A DNA stretch of 64,000 bases, from assembly GCA_002269645.1 (NCBI GenBank), contig NIVC01003753.1, positions 1 through 64,000 on the forward strand, given 5' to 3'. Under the pieces are notes generated by a model. That model saw only the letters and a list, made by a program, of their open reading frames with translations, did no database searches and had not been told where the DNA came from. The position numbers were made by a program, and so were the translations under genes. The stretch comes from Macrostomum lignano (taxonomy: Eukaryota). Each line of letters begins with the position of its first letter. The first letter of the stretch is position 1. Positions 56,940 to 64,000 of the stretch are shown piece by piece.

Positions 56940-58030
56940 AATGGATTGCTAGTCTAGTCAACACCACGAATGCAATAATCCAATGGATTGCTAATCTATC
57001 CAACATCCTGGATGCAATAATCCAATGGATTGCTAATCTATCCAACATCCTGGATGCAATAATCCAATGGATTGCTAATCTATCCAACATCCTGGATGCA
57101 ATAATCCAATGGATTGCTAATCTATCCAACATCCTGGATGCAATAATCCAATGGATTGCTAATCTATCCAACATCCTGGATGCAATAATCCAATGGATTG
57201 CTAATCTATCCAACATCCTGGATGCAATAATCCAATGGATTGCTAATCTATCCAACATCCTGGATACAATAATCTAATGGATTGCTAATCTATCCAACAT
57301 CCTGGATGCAATAATCCAATGGATTGCTAATCTATCCAACATCATGGATCAATAATCCAATGAATTGCTAATCTATCCAACATCATGGATGCAATAATCC
57401 AATGGATTGCTAATCTATCCAACATCCTGGATGCAATAATCCAATGGATTGCTAATCTATCCAACATCCTGGATGCAATAATCCAATGGATTGCTAATCT
57501 ATCCAATATCATGGATGCAATAATCCAATTGATTGCTAATCTATCCAACATCCTGGATGCAATAATCCAATGGATTGCTAATCTATCCAACATCCTGGAT
57601 GCAATAATCCAATGGATTGCTAATCTATCCAACATCCTGGATGCAATAATCCAATGGATTGCTAATCTATCCAACATCCTGGATACAATAATCCAATGGA
57701 TTGCTAATCTATCCAACATCCTGGATGCAATAATCCAATGGATTGCTAATCTATCCAACATCCTGGATACAATAATCCAATGGATTGCTAATCTATCCAA
57801 CATCATGGATCAATAATCCAATGAATTGCTAATCTATCCAACATCATGGATGCAATAATCCAATGGATTGCTAATCTATCCAACATCCTGGATGCAATAA
57901 TCCAATGGATTGCTAATCTATCCAACATCCTGGATACAATAATCCAATGGATTGCTAATCTATCCAATATCATGGATGCAATAGTCCAATGGATTGCTAA
58001 TCTATCCGACATCCTGGTTACAATAATCCA
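56940..58030. repeat. 42-bp minisatellite (GGATTGCTAATCTATCCAACATCCTGGATGCAATAATCCAAT)n
   Basis: About 26 copies; shares its core with the preceding 20-mer. Confidence 0.95.
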
Positions 58031-58629
58031 ATCCTACACAACGCAGCTTTATTAAATCCTCTGCAGGATTCACAGGTGTGCAGAGTTAATTTTGTACCTG
58101 ACCGGGTCAAAACACCGACACCCGGGTTCGCTGATCCAGCCAAGCTTCGGTCGGGACAAAGCATCTTGTTGGGGGGGGGGGGGGTAGGTATTCACTTTTT
58201 GTTCGCTATACAGCCAGCAAGGGTGATGCGGGACCATGCCCAGATCCCCGCGCGCTTCTTGTTGACTAATGAGGCGTCCGTCGGTCAGTCCAAGATGCAG
58301 AAGGGGAATCTGGGAAGACAAGGAAGGAAGGTTTAACAGCGGCGGGGCACACTGACCCCCCCCCCTCCCAGGCAACCAACGGTGCCCAGTCCAGCCGCTG
58401 ATATGGCCCGTCTGCCTGATTTTCTTTTCCTATAGCAATTTGTGCTGATGCGGAGTGACTCAACACAATCTCAGTTGAATTCTGAACTCGGGTGTCGGCC
58501 GTTGTTGGCTTTCGTTTTGTAATACATGTAGCACAAAGCTTCTATGAACAGGTCATCAGTGCGTGTGTTTCTGTTTTGTCTGTGTGTGTGTATTTGTGTG
58601 TTCAGTATGATATCTCAGTAAGTATGTAC

Positions 58630-59178
58630 AGTAAGTATGCGCGCATGATCAGCCCCTCGGAAAGTGTACAGCAACTGTGTGTACATGATCAGCCCCTCGG
58701 AAAGTGTATAGGAAGTGTGTGTACATGATCAGCCCCTCGGAAAGTGTACAGAGGCTGTGTGTACATGATCAGCACCTCGGAAAGTGTACAGAGGCTGTGT
58801 GTACATGATCAGCCCCTCGGAAAGTGTATAGGAAGTGTGTGTACATGATCAGCCCCTCGGAAAGTGTACAGAGGCTGTGTGTACATGATCAGCCCCTCGG
58901 AAAGTGTACAGCAACTGTGTGTACATGATCAGCCCCTCGGAAAGTGTATAGGAAGTGTGTGTACATGATCAGCCCCTCGGAAAGTGTACAGAGGCTGTGT
59001 GTACATGATCAGCCCCTCGGAAAGCGTACAGGAAGTGTGTGTACATGATCAGCCCATCGGAAAGCGTACAGGAAGTGTGTGTACATGATCAGCCCCTCGG
59101 AAAGCGTACAGGAAGTGTGTGTACATGATCAGCCCATCGGAAAGCGTACAGGAAGTGTGTGTACATGATGAGCCCCTA
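58630..59178. repeat. 40-bp minisatellite (GTACATGATCAGCCCCTCGGAAAGTGTACAGAGGCTGTGT)n
   Basis: About 13 copies with recurring variants. Confidence 0.92.
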
Positions 59179-59596
59179 AGCACACACATAAGAATCCCTG
59201 TTTGTCAAAGTGAACTAGTAATGAAGGCTGCTTTCAGTGCCCCATCAAAGATGCAGAGGCAACACCAAAGTTGCTGGTATTTCCTGACTTTTCCTGTTTG
59301 CCTCAACCTTGGCAACAGGAGCAACTGCGGGCTTTAAATCACACGTGTTTGCAGGCAGTACTAGATAACAAAGGCCAATGCTGTTGTTCCATATATCTTG
59401 TAAGGGGCCGGGTAGGTAGCTGCGAAAGAAGATAGAAAGCAACTGACACCAAGAACGATGTTCTGAATAGAAAAGCGCCGGAAAAGTTATGACAGCCTAC
59501 AAGAAAACTGCTGCTGCATTCGATGGACAAATCACTAAGGTTGTTAGCGGAAAATTACAAAGAATCTTCAAAGCCACTGTGTCTTGAAAATCATCC

Positions 59597-60200
59597 GGGT
59601 ATTAATCCCCAATTAGAGATCCCCATCATTCAGGTATTAATCCCAATTAGAGATCCCATCATTCAGGTATTGATCCCCAATTAGAGATCCCATCATCCAG
59701 GTATTAATCCCCAATTAGAGATCCCATCATTCATGTATTAATCCCCAATTAGAGATCCCATCATTCATGTATTAATCCCCAATTAGAGATCCCCATCATT
59801 CAGGTATTAATCCCCAATTAGAGATCCCCATCATCCAGGTATTGATCCCCAATTAGAGATCCCATCATCCAGGTATTAATCCCCAATTAGAGATCCCATC
59901 ATCCAGGTATTAATCCCCAATTAGAGATCCCATCATCCAGGTATTAATCCCCAATTAGAGATCCCATCATCCAGGTATTAATCCCCAATTAGAGATCCCA
60001 TCATTCAGGTATTAATCCCCAATTAGAGATCCCATCATCCAGGTATTAATCCCCAATTAGATATCCCATCATCCAGGTATTAATCCCCAATTAGATATCC
60101 CATCATCCAGGTATTAATCCCCAATTAGATATCCCATCATCCAGGTATTAATCCCCAATTAGATATCCCATCATCCAGGTATTAATCCCCAATTAGAGAT
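59597..60200. repeat. 34-bp minisatellite (GTATTAATCCCCAATTAGAGATCCCATCATCCAG)n
   Basis: About 17 copies. Confidence 0.92.
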
Positions 60201-60999
60201 CAAGAGAAGCGTTTTAAAGCAGGAATAAAAGATTCTTTGGAAAGTATTTTCCTTTTTTCGAAAAGGTATAGATAATTCCGACGATGTAGCCAGAGTAGGT
60301 CTGCTTTCAGCTGCTTCTGGCACCGTTCGGGACAAGGCCAGTGCTGCGTAGAATGCGTTCACATGAGTAACAAAGGTGGGTTGAAAAGATGAAAGAAGAC
60401 AGTTAGAACAAAGGCTGTAGAGAAAAAAATGCGCAAAATTTCTGGATGGGGATCTGCACAGATAACGATGGGAGAAAAGTTAAGGGTTAAAAAGAGTTCG
60501 CTTTCTGTGTCGGTCAATGTAGCCAAATTTGCGCCGGGCTGATCGAGAGAGATTTTTGCGTCGGGGAAATTTCTTGCCGCAGCATCGAGTATTAAGTATC
60601 GGTTGATGGCCTGCGCTATGAGGGGCCCAAGATGGATGGCTGCGAGAATTGCCCTCCCAGCTAGTAAGTGAGGGGCGCTCTTCAAACACAGGCCTAACAG
60701 AATCGTCCTGACCAAGAACGGTGACGTAACCAACTGCTTTCATATGTGGAGTTGGCTGATGTTGATCTTGGCCTTATCAATTTAATGTATATTGAATCGT
60801 GTCTGTTGTCTCTCAGCCTCTTTGCAGAGTTGCCAGTTTGCTTCTGCTGAGAGATAACGGGGATAACTGAACTGATGTCTGGCCGGAGTCAGCAGGGTGG
60901 CATTTGGTTAACAAATGCCTTGGAAATTGGAGCTAACACGAGAGGCGAAAGATTGATGCACCTGCTTATAATTATAATGATGAAGTATAGGCAGGTACG

Positions 61000-61570
61000 G
61001 GAAGAAATGAAGTGAGAGGGTGAGGAGAGAGATAGATAGAAGGAGAGAGGAGGAGAGGGGTGAGAAGGTAAGAAGAGAGGTAATTAGGAGGGGGATAGAG
61101 GGGAGAGGGGAGTGAGAAGGTAAGGAGAGAGAGTAGATAGAAGAGATATAGAAGAGAGAGGATTGTAAAAGGTTAGGAGAGAGGTAGATAGAAGGGTAGA
61201 GTGGAGAGAGGAGGGTGAGAAGGAGAGGAAAGAGGTAGATTGCAGAGTAGAGAGGACAGAGGAGGGTTAGAAGGTGAAGAGAGAGGTAGATAGAAGGGTA
61301 GAGAGGACAGAGGAGGGTTAGAAGGAGAGGAGAGAGGTAGATAGAAGGGTAGAGAGGACAGAGGAGGGTGAGAAGGTGAGGAGAGAGGTAGATAGCAGAG
61401 TAGAGAGGACAGAGGAGGGTTAGAAGGTGAGGAGAGAGGCAGATAACAGAGTAGAGAGGAGAGAGAAGGGTGAGAAGGTGAGGAGAGAGGTAGATAGAAG
61501 GGTAGAGAGGAGAGAGGAGGGTGAGAATGTGAGGAGAGAAGAGCGTGAGAAGGTGAAAAGAGAGGTAGAA
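61000..61570. repeat. purine-rich (GA) degenerate tandem repeat
   Basis: Almost pure A/G strand with recurring units. Confidence 0.85.
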
Positions 61571-62159
61571 GGTGAACAGCAGACAAAAGAGCCAGAAACG
61601 CGGTACGCAAGACGTTCAAGACTCTTGGAAAGTTGCGATCAATGTACGAGTACAACCAAGGACCCCAATGCGAACCCCTGCAGGCTCTCAAGTGTAGATC
61701 GAGGTCTCAGTTTATATTAAAACCGCTTAGAAAGGAGGCTGGTCGATTGCATTCCCGACTCTGTTGGACGAAATAAAAGACAATTTATCCCGCTGACATG
61801 GAACCAAAAGTGGAAATTTTCCGAGGTTCGGAATTGGGCTGGGCAATGTTTATGCAGTAACTCTGCACAGTTAGGAAGCTGTGGCGATGAAATCGAGTTT
61901 TTTTTAAAGGTGACGCATGACGATTCGATTTAAGCGTCTCCATCAGGGAGAAAGAGACTGGGGAGGGCCGGCCTTTGGCTGGCAAAAGCTGCACTTTTTC
62001 TGCTCCATCTTAGAATGCCTCCCAATTCAGTTTGCGTAAATTGTAAATAAACAGCTTGGCAATGCTGGATTGCCGATAAACAGCAATGTGCTTTTACGAG
62101 ATACTCTATTTAAGTACCTGAATTCAATGGCCGATCCAGGCAGGTCAAGGGAGTCAGCT

Positions 62160-62540
62160 GGTATTGGTGAGATAGAACTGGGATGGTATTGGTGAGATAG
62201 AACTGGGATGGTATTAGTGAGATAGAACTGAGATGGTATTGGTGAGATAGAACTGGGATGGTATTGGTGAGATAGAACTGGGATGGTATTGGTGAGATAG
62301 AACTGAGATGGTATTAGTGAGATAGACCTGAGATGGTATTAGTGAGATAGAACTGGGATGGTATTAGTGAGATAGAACTGGGATGGTATTAGTGAGATAG
62401 AACTGGGATGGTATTAGTGAGATAGAACTGGGATGGTATTAGTGAGATAGAACTGGGATGGTATTAGTGAGATAGAACTGGGATGGTATTAGTGAGATAG
62501 AACTGGGATGGTATTAGTGAGATAGACCTGAGATGGTATT
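62160..62540. repeat. 25-bp minisatellite (GAGATAGAACTGGGATGGTATTRGT)n
   Basis: About 15 copies. Confidence 0.92.
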
Positions 62541-63217
62541 AAGAAAGCAGTTTCCAGGAAATAAAACCGACGGACAGGAATTTGGCACCAATTTAAACAG
62601 ACTTTCTCGCCAAGCGCTACGGTAGCACAGATTGACAGGCAGGTGTGTGTGGGGTGGGACATGCACATGCCTTAGCAACTAAACTAGCGCAAGCAAGTCC
62701 TCGAATTGACCTCGCCACAAGCAATACATTCGAATTTATCCATTCATGCGTGCATTTCCGCAGTAAGCTTAGCCCCCCCCATAAGTCAAAGCCAAGCTAG
62801 AGAGAGAGAGAGAGGGCACCTCTGCTGGAACCCGTTTGCCCGTCTAGCTGTGCAAGTGTGTAACAGTAGTAAGTCCGCGGCCAGTGCTTGACAGTCATTG
62901 GCCCGCCCCAGTCCATCCTGCCCCCACCTCAAACCCCCTGACCGCTCCGGGGGCTGAAGGGATCTATCCGCCTAGGAGAAAGTGAAACCCATCGCTGCGC
63001 GCGGCTTAGGTCAGGCAAAAAGACGAAGAGGAGAAACTGAGGGAAGACAGGCGGGCACGCCGACAGAAGAGGTGAAAATAGGCAGCAGTAAGTATTGTTT
63101 AGAAGGATCTCCTTCAGCAGGGCCGAAGCAACAAGCATAGAATAAGTTCGCATGCATGAACTTGTCGCGGCTGAGAACCAGCGCTAGATTATCGTGTCCC
63201 GGATAAGAATCCGGAGC

Positions 63218-64000
63218 ATGAAGCCAACAGATTTGCTGTTGCTGCCTCTGCTACTAGTGGCAGCCTGCGCCGCAGCCGCAGCGGACAAGGGGCCGGCGCA
63301 ACTGGAGCTCTTGGAGCCGGCGGGCGGCGCGGGCGCCACCTACGCGCACCGGTACCGACCCGGTAGTTACTTCGGCTACTCGGTGGCCGCCTACGCTGAT
63401 CAGGGCATTCCGTACGTCATCGTTGGCGCCCCTCTTGACTACGTGAGCAGCTGGCGAGATGAGCCGAACGGCGACAGGCGGATCGGCCGGGCCTACCGGT
63501 GCGAGCACCGCCGCGTGAGCGGCTGGTCGTGCGAGCGGACACCGTCGGCTTCGAGGTCGTCTAACCGAGCCGAGTACAAAGGCATGGGCCACGTAGAGCC
63601 CGGCTCCCGGGCTGGCCAGTGGATGGGCGCCGCAGTGGCGGCCACCAGCGTCGGCCGGGACGGCTACTTCAGCGCCTGCGCGCCCAGATTTGTCAGCAAA
63701 TCTGGCGTAGGCGGCGACGACGCCTGGACAGCCATCGGCGAGTGCCTTGTGTACCCCGGTCTGAGCCATCCGTATCACGTGATCAGCCCGTGCAACCGCT
63801 CCTCCCTGCCGGCGGCCGGGCCCGGCGCCGATCCCGGCCAGTGCCTGAGCGGCTTCAGCTCCAGCGTGCTGGGCTTCAAAGACGGCCGGGACTCGGTTTT
63901 GTACTTCGCCGCCGGACTGCCCGGCTGTCACGACAGCAACGGCGAGCTGTACGTTGGCCGGTTCGTTAATCGGAACTTCACCGGCGGCTGGACCTACAGG
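63218..64000 (+). CDS. ITGA: integrin alpha subunit, N-terminal part (runs off the window)
   Basis: Stop-free frame from ATG 63218 to the window end (missed by the ORF track): signal peptide MKPTDLLLLPLLLVAACAAAAA, then FG-GAP repeats GSYFGYSVA...YVIVGAP, GQWMGAAV...SACAPRF and GQCLSGFS. Confidence 0.85.
   Translation, partial: MKPTDLLLLPLLLVAACAAAAADKGPAQLELLEPAGGAGATYAHRYRPGSYFGYSVAAYADQGIPYVIVGAPLDYVSSWRDEPNGDRRIGRAYRCEHRRVSGWSCERTPSASRSSNRAEYKGMGHVEPGSRAGQWMGAAVAATSVGRDGYFSACAPRFVSKSGVGGDDAWTAIGECLVYPGLSHPYHVISPCNRSSLPAAGPGADPGQCLSGFSSSVLGFKDGRDSVLYFAAGLPGCHDSNGELYVGRFVNRNFTGGWTYR

Noticed and set aside
63254-63931. 225-aa minus-strand ORF
   Set aside because: Antisense shadow of the integrin alpha frame on the plus strand.

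Overview
Eukaryotic (metazoan) genomic DNA with GC-rich spliced exons, (GACA)n tracts and a different minisatellite in most introns. The style suggests the flatworm Macrostomum; this is an inference and was not verified. Seven protein-coding genes can be built by hand from GT-AG junctions with consistent phase. On + are an intronless C/EBP bZIP gene and the 5' end of an integrin alpha that runs off the window. On - are five consecutive genes: an uncharacterised possible beta-propeller protein, HAP40/F8A1, Raf kinase, a reticulon and MARCH6. Mobile DNA comprises a decayed mariner, a hAT-type MITE (8-bp TSD), a 786-bp foldback/Mutator-type MITE (9-bp TSD) nested in a minisatellite, and a 4.3-kb foldback element (9-bp TSD). 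The 4.3-kb element has inverted arms built from 177-bp tandem repeats, and its entire centre is a 5'-truncated RTE retrotransposon with an intact RT frame. Two sharply bounded domains (about 31.8-35.2 kb and 44.4-46.7 kb) are almost free of CpG and show apparent CG>TA double transitions. Four of the minus-strand genes have a splice acceptor just upstream of the ATG, compatible with SL trans-splicing or operon organisation. No rRNA, tRNA or CRISPR was found.
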